From NCBI GenBank assembly GCA_965203295.1, contig CBDBCZ010000010.1, positions 128,001 through 192,000 on the forward strand: DNA of 64,000 bases. The letters are read 5' to 3'. The notes beneath the pieces were generated by a model. It saw only the letters and a list, made by a program, of their open reading frames with translations. It searched no databases and was not told the DNA's origin. Made by a program: the position numbers and the translations under genes. Shown here piece by piece: positions 50,727-63,180 of this stretch (positions within the stretch are counted from its first letter, which is position 1; every line of letters begins with the position of its first letter). The stretch is from Nitrospirales bacterium. GTDB taxonomy: Bacteria > Nitrospirota > Nitrospiria > Nitrospirales > UBA8639.

Positions 50727-51686
50727 TCAATACGGCTTCGGCCTATCTCCCACAGCTGGCTGCTGCTTGATCGGTCCTGCTGCCGACCTGTTCCCCTGGT
50801 AGCAGTCTGCTGCTGGGTGTGGCCCCCCACAGGTGGCGCATACGTGGCGGTAGCGGCAACGCCGGAAATAACAGCGCTTCTCGTTCCACGACCTGCATAC
50901 CGTATCTTGGTATTTGGCCCCACTGCCTCCTCCTCGCTTGTCCGGCCCACTCAGCGGCCCCTGGGCAAAAGCTACCACCGCTGACTCTACTGCCTTAAGC
51001 CGTGACGGGAGGTCTGGGTCCGTCTCCGTTAATATGGAACATTCCTTTGACTCATGTGATACCGATAAGCAGAGGTCGCATCTCTTTGCTGCTTGCGCTT
51101 TCCCTGTGAAGCACAGTGCGTACAAGGATGGGTTGATGCGCGACCATGTTCGATTGCCACTGACCGCCGCCTGTCGACGATATGCTGCGTCATAGCGCAC
51201 CCACGCAGTCCCCGTGTAGTCTTCGCTTGCCCTCACTACTGCTACCATGTATGCCATCAGTTCCGGCACCGCCTCTGGGTGCTTTCGGGCAAGCACCCCC
51301 ACATACACTGTGAAGCACTGAATCTACGCGTTCAGGCTTGTGACCGGCCTCTTGCGGCGGTTCCCTGACGGCCGCTGGCCCGATTCCTTCTCCTCGGCCT
51401 TCTGCCAGAACTCGGGGAGTAATTCCGACATGTCTATGTACTCCCAGCGGCAGATGCGGTCTGCCAGCTTATGGGGCATGGGAGGCAGCGCTTCCTCGAC
51501 GTACACCCCATGCTTTGTGTCTTGTTTGCTGAAGTTACTGCTGTCGGGTAGCAAGTTCTGCCACAAGGCGGCCAGCGACAGCTCTGGCTGCCGGCCTTCG
51601 GCTGCTTTCGGATTCACTGTGGGAATCCCCTTTAACGCGTCTCCAGACGGCATCCCGCCGAGACCTGCAGCCATAACCAGTGTCAT
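50727..51686 (-). pseudogene. Ngaro gag-like ORF with one in-frame TAG at 51324-51326
   Basis: KLADRICRWEYIDMSELLPE...ELMAYM...WVRYDAAYRRQAA..WSRINPSLY; C-terminal CRSWNEKRC.F..CRYRHVCATCGGPHPAADC. Confidence 0.85.
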
Positions 51687-54401
51687 TTATTAGCGGCTCC
51701 CGGGCCCCTTCTACTTAAGCTCTAGCTGAACGGGCCGCCGGCCCACTTACTTATGCTCTGCCAGCCTGGGACGCGTACCCCTTCTTTTTATTATGCTCCC
51801 GGCGGTCGGGCCAGGAACCCCCTCTAATATGCTCTAGCTGAGGGATGGGTGTTGCATGGGGCGGGGTTCCACTTCTGCCCAGCCCTCCTGTCCGGCCCCG
51901 CCCGTACCCCCCGGTAAGCGGCCCCCGTTTTCAGTTTTTAGTTAGCGTGGGGGCCCCGCGGGGGCCCCCGTCATCCCGATAAATGGGAGAACTACCTAGC
52001 CACCTACCGGTATCCTTCGACGACGTGGGGGGAGCTTCTTCCTTGTCCTGGCGACCTTCGGTTACCGTCGCCGTTTGTTTCGCCAGCTCCTCCCGGAGCG
52101 CTTCTTTGACCAATGCCGCTACCGTCGCCTTCAGAGTTTCATCTTGGGGCTCCTCGTCTGCCATCGATACTCCGGTTCGCTCGATAATCTCCTTTGTCGG
52201 TAATCTACTCGCTTCAGGTGACCATGTCTTCGACGAATTCTTCGCTTCAACTGGCTGTCCTCTAGCTCGTGGCTTGATTGGCGCCTTGTGCCCTATCGTT
52301 GTGTGCATGCGCTACCATGAGGCCCCGCCTCTCATTAACTTCGGTTAAAACTTCCTCTTAACCTCCAAAAACACCTATTAGTAACTAAAAGAATGTCCTG
52401 TAGCACATTAGCAGTTCTCAGCTGTACATGTGTATACTTAGCCAATGTCCAACAATGTTTTTGACAGTACCTGTATTTGTGTAACAATTGTCTTTTCTCT
52501 ACTACGTTGTATGTAGATGAAACTGGGTTCAGTATGAAGATGCTTATACAGTTTGATGCGGAGTTACTCATTGGCCAGCTGTCCTATAAGCAGCGGGCAG
52601 AAATCTACAACATGGTCAATGGGTGCGACACAGCAAAGAAAACAAGAAAGGGAGATAAAGACAAAGATGGTGAAGGGACAAGTGCTGCAGTGGTTGTTAG
52701 GTATGTTGCTTTCATTCTCAAAAGTATGGCTATCACACCAATCAAGCTCACTTTGTTGTAGTGATACTACTCACTGTACAATTCACTTGCTGTATTTTAT
52801 ATGTAAAAAGAAGAATTGATTCTCTACGTACTGACATCTCTAATAGGGACCTGAAGGAGAGGCAACAGCTTGACCAGCGTAGATTAGAGGCTGGTCATCT
52901 GAAATACGCATATTATTGCAGGCTGCATCTCGCTATGTTGACCACTTCCACCCATCTCAAATCCCAATGCACACTGATCTGATGAAGATGTTAGAGCAAT
53001 ATACCCCCATCTTGTATTCAGCTTTTCAAGCCCGCTGAGTATTTTTTTCCATTTGCATCAATTCTGACATTACCGGGTATGATACAAATACAAACACACA
53101 CAGCACATCAGTGTAATGTCCCTGGCTGTGGAAGTGTGATGGTTCTCGATGGAAATATGAAAAACCACAGAGATGTCTGCATGGCCAAGGATGCTGGCTT
53201 CATAGAGTTTGATGGCCTTCCAGGTAGTTTGTGTACCTGATGATGTGTTGTGTACACAGTTTCAATGCATTTTCTTTTTATAGGGAGCATAAAAACAGGG
53301 TGCCAAGCTACATCTGAACAGCGCAGTCGTTATTGCAGTCAACACAAGTTGCAAGTTTGTAACTTGACAACAGGCTGTGAAGATGCTGAAGCACAGACTT
53401 TGGATGCCGCCTTTGGTCCGTCTGTTCGTACGAAGAAGGGTGACATGGCAGCAGAAATGATACTAGCTACCAAATCAACACGTACACAGACATACTACAA
53501 GGTATTAGCACCGAGCCCTGAATGGGTCACCACCAGACTATAGGTTTACTAACTACAACATGTTTAACACTTGTAACTGTAAATTGTCACAAAAGTGCAT
53601 TACCAATGTTTGCTGTCTGCTTCTTACTTACTAGTATTAGCATCAGAGACTCCTTTGTTGTGCTCTTTTTCAGTCCTAGTATGCATGGTTTTGTTCATTT
53701 TTAAAAATGGGAGGGGGGAGGGGGGAGGGGGCACATGGCCCGCTCTGCATAAATGTTGAAGTCATGCATGGCATATATTATATGCCTTTGGGATCATTTG
53801 TGCGTACAGTTGCCCATTCCCAAATGATAATGCAGGTGCTATGGCTTGGCCTTTCTGAGAGTGCAAGTATGTGGAAACCAGAAAGCTGTTTGCCACCGAA
53901 CCTCATTGCAGACTTCGAGGCAGGATTAGATACTGAAGCTGAAGCTTTGACCGAGAGATCGTACTGTCATTCCTCTACCACACTGACAGTTAGTACACAT
54001 TCTCTAGCTGTGAAAAGGAGAAAGACAGAGAGGTTGTACAAAGATGACCTTGAAGGGTAAGAGAAGCAGTGGGTTATGATATAATTGTCACTGAACAAAC
54101 ACTATGTATATTCCAGGGTGTTCAAAGATGAGACCTTAGCACCTGTACTGGACTGCAGAACAGAAAAGGACAAGGGAATTCGTTTGAACCGTCGCAGTGC
54201 TGGTAAGTAGCTGAGTTGTGGATATAATAGCGCTAGCCATCATTTGATCACTATATCTTTACAGGGATTCTGGCAGGGACATGGCCTTGTGGAATTATAA
54301 CACTTTTGAACGAGCTGTTTGTGGCTGAGTCCAACTCACAGGTGTATGCACACCTACACCAGAAACTGCTTCTCAGATGAGTATGATTGCATCACTATTA
54401 A

Positions 54402-55060
54402 CACTTAGAACGCGGAGGGCCAATATACCAATATATTGGCCCGCTAAGTATACGTGCATAGCGCGGAGGGCCAATATATTGGCCCTTCGCGCTATTGGCT
54501 TGTACGTCTGTATTACGTTTTGATGAGCTCTGATTTTGAGTACTGATAGTCAGCAGGGGAGTTCCCCTGTCTATAATCAGCTTTGTTGACGTAAGCTCCA
54601 AACCACGAAGCACTACAACCGGAAATACGGTCGACCATGAGACGTAGCCATGGCTGCCGATCGAGACAAGCGCCTAAAACGACGCGTGGACGCCACTACT
54701 GTTGTTTCACGCTGCTTGTGTGGCTGCCTATGGTTCTCAGGACTACATCTGTATCTTTTTTCGCCGCCTCAGTCCCTAGCAGGGAACTGGATCGCTTGAA
54801 ATTGGTGGAGCTACTCGGGTAAGTATGAACCGCCTATTGTAGCCCGCTTTTTACAGCTCTGTTAAGCTTTGTGAAGCTTCTTGAAGCTTTAGCATGTGTG
54901 ATTAAAGTCACTATAAGCTTTCTCAAGCACAACTAAGCGTATAGAATAGTTTCTAGCGTCCTATAAGCTGCCTTAGCTGGTTTATCGAATATTCAATTTA
55001 GTTTTAATTAAATTCCGCGCACACGTAAGATTACGTCACAAAAAGGACGCGGGCAATGTG
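54402..55060. mobile_element. 659-bp TTAA-flanked MITE in a KDZ intron
   Basis: TTAA-CACTTAGAACGCGG...GACGCGGGCAATGTG-TTAA; imperfect TIR; internal repeat CGCGGAGGGCCAATATA. Confidence 0.7.
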
Positions 55061-55766
55061 TTAATACTTCACTCAAGGCAAGGCTTCCACTTACTGTTCC
55101 AGCTGTCCAGATGGGAATATTTGTACGGGTATACCAAATAAATATAAACTATTCCCTCCTTGTTGATCCTGCAGAGTACATTTGCTATGATGATGGCTGT
55201 CATCTAAAGAAGTACGCTACAAATGCTTGCCGTCGAGACCTAACTCCTACCAGCCAGTTACTATCAAAGGTAACCATTGCCATCGATAAGATGCACATGG
55301 CTGGCCACGTTGATAAGTGGTGCAAGCAGAACTGTGATCCTCACAAGTTTGATGACCTTGATGATGTGAGTCGATACACTTGTATGGCATCTTCATAGCA
55401 TGACGTGCTGTATACATGTATACAGCATCCATTGCCTTCCTATATATGTAGGTGGATATTGAAGTGTGTGAACAGACCTTTGCTTGACTGTCACGGTATT
55501 GCAAGATGACCCGTCGTATGAGCTGTAGCACCTTTATTTTCTTTCTTGTATATATTTGTGACCCGTCGTATGAGCTGTAGCACCTTTATTTCCTTTCTTC
55601 TATATATTTGTGACTTACATAATATTAGAGAGATAGAGAAACTCAGGCGTGGAAAGTATATGTGATTGTAGTACACCCCCAGAGTGGTGATCACTTCACA
55701 CACAACGGTTTTGCAAGTACATGTAGTCAGTCACATTTGAAGGCTATATCAGTTACTGCTTGTATA

Positions 55767-58724
55767 ATATACTCATGTTGCTGCCGTAGCGCTTACGCCA
55801 TTGACCACGCACCCACATACGCAGGCGGAGCTTGAAAGATCTCCAGTCAGAGGACAAGAGCAAGAGCAACCAGATGTCTCACCATTACCATCCTGATCGC
55901 CATATAATTTATTCTTCCTAGTATCCCAGATTAATAAAATAAAACTCTTAACTAGCCTTAATAAAGCCTTAAAATCATATCTTTCCCAATTCTCACACCC
56001 TAAAACAAAGCCCGTCCTCTCGAAATTATTGAGTGCACTAAACTCTTCAAAACTTCCACCCAACAGATTGTCTAAGTCTTCCATGAAAGTACTTCTAAAA
56101 GTATCATACGCAGGACACTCCCAGAGCACATGTACCACACTCACATTCATCCCCACACAACTTACACTGCCTATCATCATTTTTACCCCGCTGCCTTCCT
56201 AACTCTTCATTCAGACCATTAGTACCAGACCTAAACTTAAACAACAATCGTGTTCCTGGATCCCCAACCCCCTGCAAGTAATTTTTAAATTCTATTTCCT
56301 TACAAAAAGACTTGTAAAGACTAAGTTTAACTTTACTATTTAAGCCATCATTAAAATCTTTACATTCTCTGTATCTCAATGCTTCATCTACTCTCTCTAA
56401 TCTTCAGCTAGTATATAATTCCTGACTGTCTAGATTTAACTGCAGCAACAATTCACTAATTACTTTCCTCCAGGTCTTCCTCTGCCTACCCCTACAATCC
56501 TGAACCACTGCCTTCACTAATTCTGATCCCCTCAACCCGAGTCTTCCATTGGCGTACCCTTCCTTGAAACCCATCTACTTCTACACTTAAGGCTTCCTGA
56601 TACTTCTGTCGCACTTCCTCGTCCTGAAACAGCTCAATGCACCATTTCTTAATCACCCGCTTCTGTTGTTTAGTGGTTTTTACAGTCCTACCCATACCAG
56701 AAAGTGATTTTCCTATATCCACTGTATCTACCTGCACACTCCCTGAAACCTGCAACAAGTTGGAATCAGTAACTATATAATCAATGATAGACTTCTGCTT
56801 CAGAGAAGGTCTAGCTCTAGTCCACTGCGGTTCCACAGTGAACTCACGACCATTACAGACTACAAGCTCAGCCTCATTTAACCCTTTAAACCCCGTAGAC
56901 GTCTACATACGTCATAAATATTGAACGCCTATATTACCGTAGACGTGTGTACACGTCATTGAATATGATCGAGACTCTACCGGAAAGTGACGCTCCAGGG
57001 AGATCCCCACTGTGGTTAGTGACGCTCCAGCGGACAGATTCTTTCATTTTAGCACTATTTTCAGGGACTTACCCAGGCAGATCACGAGAAAATCCGCAAT
57101 GAATAACATCTGTTCACGAACCGATAAAATATAGAGCAGAATTCTAGGCTATTGTACGGCAGTAGCAGTTCGAAAATATGGCTAGCTGTCTCCTACAATA
57201 CCGCTGCAAGTCTATGGACGTCTTGCTTGTCCTTCAGGGCGTCATTCCCAGAAAGTAAGTGGCGATGATATTTAATTATCGTTCGGTATCGAAAATCCGC
57301 TGCCGCTTGGCACTTTCCTTCCGTCAATCATGCTTGAATCCGACATCAAATGAAAGCTTGGGAGCTCTACTCTTCAGTTCTGTAGAGAGTTTAGTCCAAG
57401 TCATCCCCCGTCTTTCGTTACAAAGCCATAAACCGAACATACTACCGTCCTCGTGCCGTAATTAAATTATTCTGGTAATTGACTGACGTAATGCGCATGC
57501 GCAATACGGGGTATAAAGGGTTAAAAAGGAAATCAACCTGTTACCACTCGCATTGCATTTTCCTTCATCAAACATACCTATTACATCATCTAATTCGGAA
57601 GACTTTCCCACTCTGGCATTAAAATCTCCTAAAAGCACAACCTGACCCCTCTCCTTCATACGAAGCACATCCTCTTTCAATGCACTGTAACTACTTTCAA
57701 TAACAGAAACATTTTCACTATCTGTAGGCATATAAACACAACCCAAAAACAAAGTATTCCTACCTCTCTCTCCTTTCACTTTAATCCACATGCTTTCTTC
57801 ATAATTCACATCCTTAATAAGCTCTACTCCACTGGCTAAGCACTCCTTTACCAAGAATCCCACTCCTCCCTCTCCTCTCTTACTCCCAGAAGAACCTTGC
57901 CTAGGCTTCCCGAACCATTTGTACCCATCTACAGAAATTTTGGATTCCTCCTTTTCCCATGACTCCTGGCCTGCACAAACATCTATGTTGTTTTTCACTA
58001 GGACCCCAGCAACCTCCTTCTGTTTACGCTGGCTACAGATACCAGAAAAATTCCAGGTGGCTACTCGAACTTTCCGTTCTCCCCTCTCAGCTACCCTAAC
58101 CTGGCTTCGAATCTTGTTCATATCTACAACAGAATTCCTATGCCCTTCACTACACTCAACATCCTCCTCCAAATCAGCAGTACGTTCTATACCAGATAGT
58201 AACCCACAAAACCTATTTGAACACTTCAACTGTGAAGGCATGAACTCCCGTTTCACTGACTCATCCAAAACACATCTACAGCCCATCTTCCTTAAACAGC
58301 TAGAAATCTCTCTAACCACCCCAACACTAACACCCCTGCTATCCTTGGGTGAGAGAATAAGCCTGACATGATCTCCCTCCCAAGCTACTGTCCCTCTTAC
58401 CAGGCTCCCTAGACCTAAATCATCCAGCTTTGATCTAATTTCTAGAGTACTCAGATCTTTCCTAAACCCCCACACAATTATATGAGCTCTGTACCCCCTA
58501 CTGTGATACACTGACCACTCTTGAAGTCCATCTGACTGGAGATCTGGAGCAAGGGCATGATCGCGGGTGGGCATTAATTAGAACACGCCGCACGCAATTA
58601 AAAATCTAGTTAGCTATTCGCCGCAGAAACTGCTCCAGAGGGTAGAGATGGACTTCTTCTTGGTCTTCAGGTAGAAATCTTCATTCACAGCGGTAGGATA
58701 TCACAAATTGAAGGTAACTTGAGC
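55767..58724 (-). mobile_element. LINE with APE endonuclease and C-terminal zinc knuckle; RT domain deleted
   Basis: VATWNF...CAGQESWE, GGVGFLVK, LLGDFNARVG, SIIDYIV; 3' LFKFRSGTNGLNEELGR...CKLCGDEC..VHVLWECPAY; TSD TACTGCTTGTATA at 55754-55766 and 58725-58737. Clade not determined. Confidence 0.88.
56882..57520. mobile_element. 639-bp piggyBac-type MITE inside the LINE endonuclease ORF
   Basis: TTAA-CCCTTTAAACCCCGTA...TACGGGGTATAAAGGG-TTAA; removal restores LISFLNEAELVVCNGREFTVEPQWTR in frame. Confidence 0.92.
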
Positions 58725-58802
58725 TACTGCTTGTATATTTACTTTAATTCATGTTGTAACTGCTATAGTTCATGTATAGCCAAACAGTATAACATTTTAC
58801 AT

Positions 58803-58960
58803 GTCTGGGATAGGGGGATCCCTTATACTGGTCCTCTCTGTCCCCTGTGGACCAGGGGACTGGACGGACATGAGGATGATGTGTGGGACAGGGGGGATCC
58901 CTTATTCTGGTCCTCTCTGTCCCCTGTGGACCAGGGGACTGGACGGACGTGAGGAATGAG
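58803..58960 (-). repeat. Two ~78-bp units related in reverse complement to the 39250-39806 array; cut off by the EnSpm terminus
   Basis: Reverse complement ATCCTCATGTCCGTCCAGTCCCCTGGTCCACAGGGGACAGAGAGGACCAGAATAAGGGATCCCCCCTGTCCCACA aligns by eye to ATCCTCACCGTCCATCCTGTCCCCTAGTCTCTAGGGGACACTGAGGACAGTCCTAGGGATTTCCCCTGTCCCACC. Confidence 0.8.
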
Positions 58961-59074
58961 GGTATACACTGCAAAAAAAGTGGCATTTCCTACTGCCAGA
59001 TGCATCAGGAAATGTGAAGAAAATACCAACCTGGACATTTCCTGATCCCTCTGATACATTTCCTGCAAAGGAAA

Positions 59075-59580
59075 TGTCATGTGTACCACCACATTTACTG
59101 CACCATAGATGTCTGCTGCATTTTGGCAGGCTGGAAATGTGACGTACTGCCACATTTACTGCATCATAGGAAAGTTGAAATGTCAGGTGCATTTTGGCAG
59201 GCTGGAAATGTGACATGTACTGCTACATTTACTGTACCATAGGAAAGTTGAAATGTCAGCTGCATTTTGGCAGGCTCGAAATGTGACATGTAGAGTCTAC
59301 TGCCACATTTACTGCATCGTAGGAAAGTTGAAATGTCAGGTGCATTTTGGTAGGCTGGAAATGTGGCATGTACTGCCTCATTTACTGTACCATAGGAAAG
59401 TTGAAATGTTAGCTGCATTATGGCAGGATGGAAATGTGAAATCCACCATCACCTATACTGTACCATAGGAAAGTAGAGATGTCAGCTGCATTTTGGCCGG
59501 CTGGAAATATGACATACACTACCACCTATACTGTACCATTAGAAAGTAGAAAAGTCAGCTGCATTTCGCAGGCAGGAAAT
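59075..59580. repeat. ~73-bp subterminal tandem array (about 7 units)
   Basis: ACTGCCACATTTACTG(C/T)A.CATAGGAAAGTTGAAATGTCAG.TGCATTTTGGCAGGCTGGAAATGTG at 59146, 59219, 59299, 59372 and onward. Confidence 0.9.
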
Positions 59581-59982
59581 AATGGCATGCTATCATGCAC
59601 CTCCACATACATGTTGTTTTAATTACAAGTACATGTATGCAGCTGTAGACGTGTAAGCTCATCCCACATACCGGTATAGTACATGTAGCCGCGAGACTAC
59701 CGGTATAGATGGCTGCATGGGTTCTACGTATACATGGTCGATCATGATCAGGAGCAGAAGAGGTATATAGCCCTGTACAATCATGCATACACCTGCAGGC
59801 CTTCCATCCGCAAAAAAAAACTAAGCTATATTGCAGCTGTGAGGGAAGGCCTGCAAGGGTACGAGGGTATACCCTTTACTTAGTTACCTAAAAACTGAAA
59901 ACAGTAAAATTGTGACATTACTTGATGGCAGATAATAACAATGTATGAATGACAAAAACGTTATATCACTGCATCAAATTGA

Positions 59983-62900
59983 CTATATGGCAGGAATATG
60001 GTGTACTGGACATATCAGACATACGGTTTGCTCCTCATACTTTATATCACAATGAACTACATGACTAAACAGCAACTGCACCGGAATAAACATTCCTAAA
60101 TTACTGTCATACAACTCCTTCCACCACACTTGTAATGGCTTTCCAAAGTTCTCTTTAGCATGGTGTTCTTTAAGCCATGATACAGCAGCAAAAACATGCT
60201 GACGTGTACTACCATTATAGTGGAATGCATGAAGTACTAAGTAACGAAGAATCACTGGACGTAGTTTCGTATCAGCCGAAGCATTACCAGACAAAGCCTG
60301 CTGGGGAAGGTCGGATGCAAAAATGATAGAATTAGACCGGAAACTCCTTCCTCTGTACACAACTGAAGAATACTTTCTGACAGTCGTGTTAAGATCAATG
60401 TCTTTCGATTCGATGGCAGGGTAGAGTGAAGAGTAAATGTGCTTTAAGTTTGACAATTCCGTGCTGCAGAGACTACAGCGAACGTACGACTTGGGAAAGG
60501 TAATGCCTGCCCCTTCAGTTACGCTCCAGTCCTCAACTTCATAAGGATGAATTCGGTCAACAAAACTGCCATGCATAGTAACCTGCAATGATCCTCGAAG
60601 AGTTGGCTCTAGATGCAATTTGAATAATTCACCAAAGTCTGATTCAAATTCTTGTGGCAAAAACTGTGAGGTTGTGAATAATCGAAATTCTTGCAAGAAT
60701 CTGTGCATCAATTGTATCTCCAATGAGCGCTGGCTTGACGGGAAATGTTCAAAAATTCCATTATATCTCTCATATGAAAACAGCCAAAAATTGTGAATTG
60801 GTCCGTAATCATACAATGATTCCTTCAAATGGCAGTGAAGATGGATATTTGGGGTGATTACTTTCTTCCCATATAGCCTCTCAACGCGACAGCAAAATTG
60901 CAGTAGAAGAGCATCAGCTAGCTCTATTTGTTCATTAGTAATCTTCACTTGGCAAAGTATTCTTGAAGCTAGTACAAATAGACCCCAGCATCGTAAATGT
61001 TCAGCTGGAAGAATGTCACGTAGAGCCATGCTTGAAAAAAGGTTTGTCCAATTTTTATACTGGTCTGCAGTAAATCCAGAGAAAGATGATGCTATTTTAA
61101 CTCTTTGAGCGCGGTACTTGATTATTCATAACTTCCGCGTCACGCGGAAGCCAATTTAATTTTTGTCTACGGTGCATGTGCTTGTAGTTTTGTAGAGCTG
61201 TAGGCTATTTTCAGTGCTGAGCGGCAACACTGGAAGCCAGGAAGTGTAAAACTATCGTTGTTTAGTGCGTAGCTGGCGTACTAAAGTCCCTACTAATGCA
61301 GAAGAGCGAATACAAACGGCAGCACTAAAGCTAACCTTGGTAGTCGCCATTTTCGTGTGTCTGCCCCCTCAACTACAGTGGTGAGTCGCTTCTGTTTCTT
61401 CGTGCCGGTTCTGTTACTAAGTGCTAGATCTGTACCAAAGGCCTAGCGCTCTGACTGTAGCCATACTCGGTGTTTTTGGCTTCAAAAGACTTGTAGACGC
61501 TACCCGCGCCTTTGCCGCGTACTAACTGTGCTACACAACTAAGCGTCAAGTGAACGCTTTGAACGACTTGTGGCGGGGGTGGAGCTTTAGATCGATTGCT
61601 AAAGACTGTAGGGTTATCCCCCTAAAGTGTCACGCGTGCCATAAAATTGGAAGGGTCTGACCCGCAGCACTTATTATGGTGAGCGTATATATACGCTCGC
61701 CGCGATACGCGGAAGTTATTTTCGAGTGTATATATACGCTCGCCGCGTTCAAAGGGTTAAGTGGAATTCTGCCAACATAAGGTGGTGCTTGTATAGCATC
61801 AACCCGACTCTGGATAAGGTTCATATCGGTACTGCTGATAAAGGATTCTGCAACCCACACATCCTTAAGAAGGCGCTTAGCCGTTCCTAGATAAAGGTTA
61901 TGCATGGGGTCAATTATGGCCATTCTGACGGGATCAAAATATGGGAGTTTAAGTAAAACTGAGTATCGACAGCCATACTTTGATTCCAGCTCATCACGTC
62001 TGGTCTTGGCAATGCACTGTGTAATATTGTTTACATTGTCTCTATGTTGTTGCAGATTTCGCCTTGGCCATTGTGTCCTGTCAAATCCAGAATAGTCTTT
62101 TTGGCCGACCGTCCCTGGAAATTCTTTTAGGCACTTTGAACATCCAAGATTAGCAGAATGGCCTAAGAAACCACATACTTTTCTGGATGCCGGTATGTCA
62201 CACGCAACACAAAGCAAGGCACACCGAATAAGCACACTCTCAGAAAAAGAGAAAACACGCATCTTAACACCTTTCCAGAAATTCAGCAGTTCTTCAACAA
62301 GTGGGGTGAGAAAAGCATTTATATCATGTTTTGGTTCCTTTGGACCGGGTATTAGGCCAACCAAAATGACATTCTCTTGCTTAAATCGTACCTTGCGAGG
62401 TAAGTTCATTACTGTCAAGTAAATTGCTCCTATAGAATACTCAGTATGTTTGCAGGGTTGAAACCAGTCAATGTTCATCATGATACCGTAAGTAAAGGGA
62501 TCTGAAAGAAACGGTTTTCCATCATACCTTTGAAAATCCTGCCAAATTTTTCCATCATACACATCCTCATAAAGACTACTTTCCCTACATTCTGCTTTCC
62601 ACAAATCACACTGCTCATGAAACCCAGGTCTATCCAGTAGTATCTGAAAGGAGTTGTATAACGACATATAACAGTACACTTTCATCAGGTAGTAAACTAG
62701 TTTATTTCCCTGTAGTTCAACAGACCTCAGGAGAGGTCCGCCACAAGGGCGTGCAAACCTCGAATTCCGATGGGAACACAACTTGGGTACAACTCTTGTA
62801 CCAATAGTTTCAGTACAATCACTATACTTGTATACACTATAGCACTTTTGACAAGTCACATCTCACAAAGGCTTCTCCACTGCCACCCAAAAGTTTCTGC

Positions 62901-63180
62901 AATTGGTACAATGTAAATGGAAAGTGCTGAGATATTCCTGCCAGTTGGGGGGACATTCGGGCAAGGATGGCAAAGAATACAGACAAAAAACGAAGCAGGA
63001 GGGCCAAAGCTACGTTGGGCAAACAATGTTTCTTGTGAAGCAGAGCAAGAAAATGAACAAGCCATAGTACTAAGGAACGAGACGAGTCTACATCAAGAAA
63101 AGTTTCATCTGGTTTGCCCATGTGGTCTTCAATATCTTCCTCAACACCTTCCTCCTCCCACACTTCAACGTCACTGGGTG
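59983..63180 (-). pseudogene. EnSpm/CACTA (Transposase_21-like) transposase interrupted by a MITE
   Basis: DVYDGKIW, MNIDWFQP, NLPRKVRFKQENVILVGLIPGPKEP, CVACDIPASRKVCGFLGH..GCSKC, IIDPMHNLYLG, TPNIHLHCHL..YGP..FWLFSYERYNG; frameshift near 62860; upstream exons unresolved. Confidence 0.9.
61101..61756. mobile_element. 656-bp piggyBac-type MITE inside the EnSpm transposase
   Basis: TTAA-CTCTTTGAGCGCGG...CCGCGTTCAAAGGG-TTAA; removal restores GRIPLKIASSFSGFTADQYKNW in frame. Confidence 0.92.

Larger units (their letters stand above)
46857..52368 (-). mobile_element. Full-length Ngaro-type tyrosine-recombinase retrotransposon (5512 bp) in the first KDZ intron
   Basis: Split direct repeats A1 52235-52368, B1 47350-47566, A2 47216-47349, B2 46857-47073 (A1-ORFs-B1-A2-spacer-B2); gag, RT/RNase H and YR; no methyltransferase domain seen. 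Confidence 0.93.
46134..55665 (+). pseudogene. KDZ (Kyakuja-Dileera-Zisupton) transposase with CxC5/CxC6-like cysteine clusters, multi-exon
   Basis: Exons: LTLYTLNMGTVPATHYYKYCR..GC..QHYGY...YFVST; ETGFSMKMLIQFDAELLIGQLSYKQRAEIYN; CNVPGCGSVMVLDGNMKNHRDVC; GCQAT....RYCSQH; RRSAG/ILAGTWPCGII...ELFVAESNSQV; YICYDDGCHLKKY...IDKMHMAGHVDKWCKQNCDP; EVCEQTFA*LSRY. Stops and frameshifts present. Confidence 0.8.
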
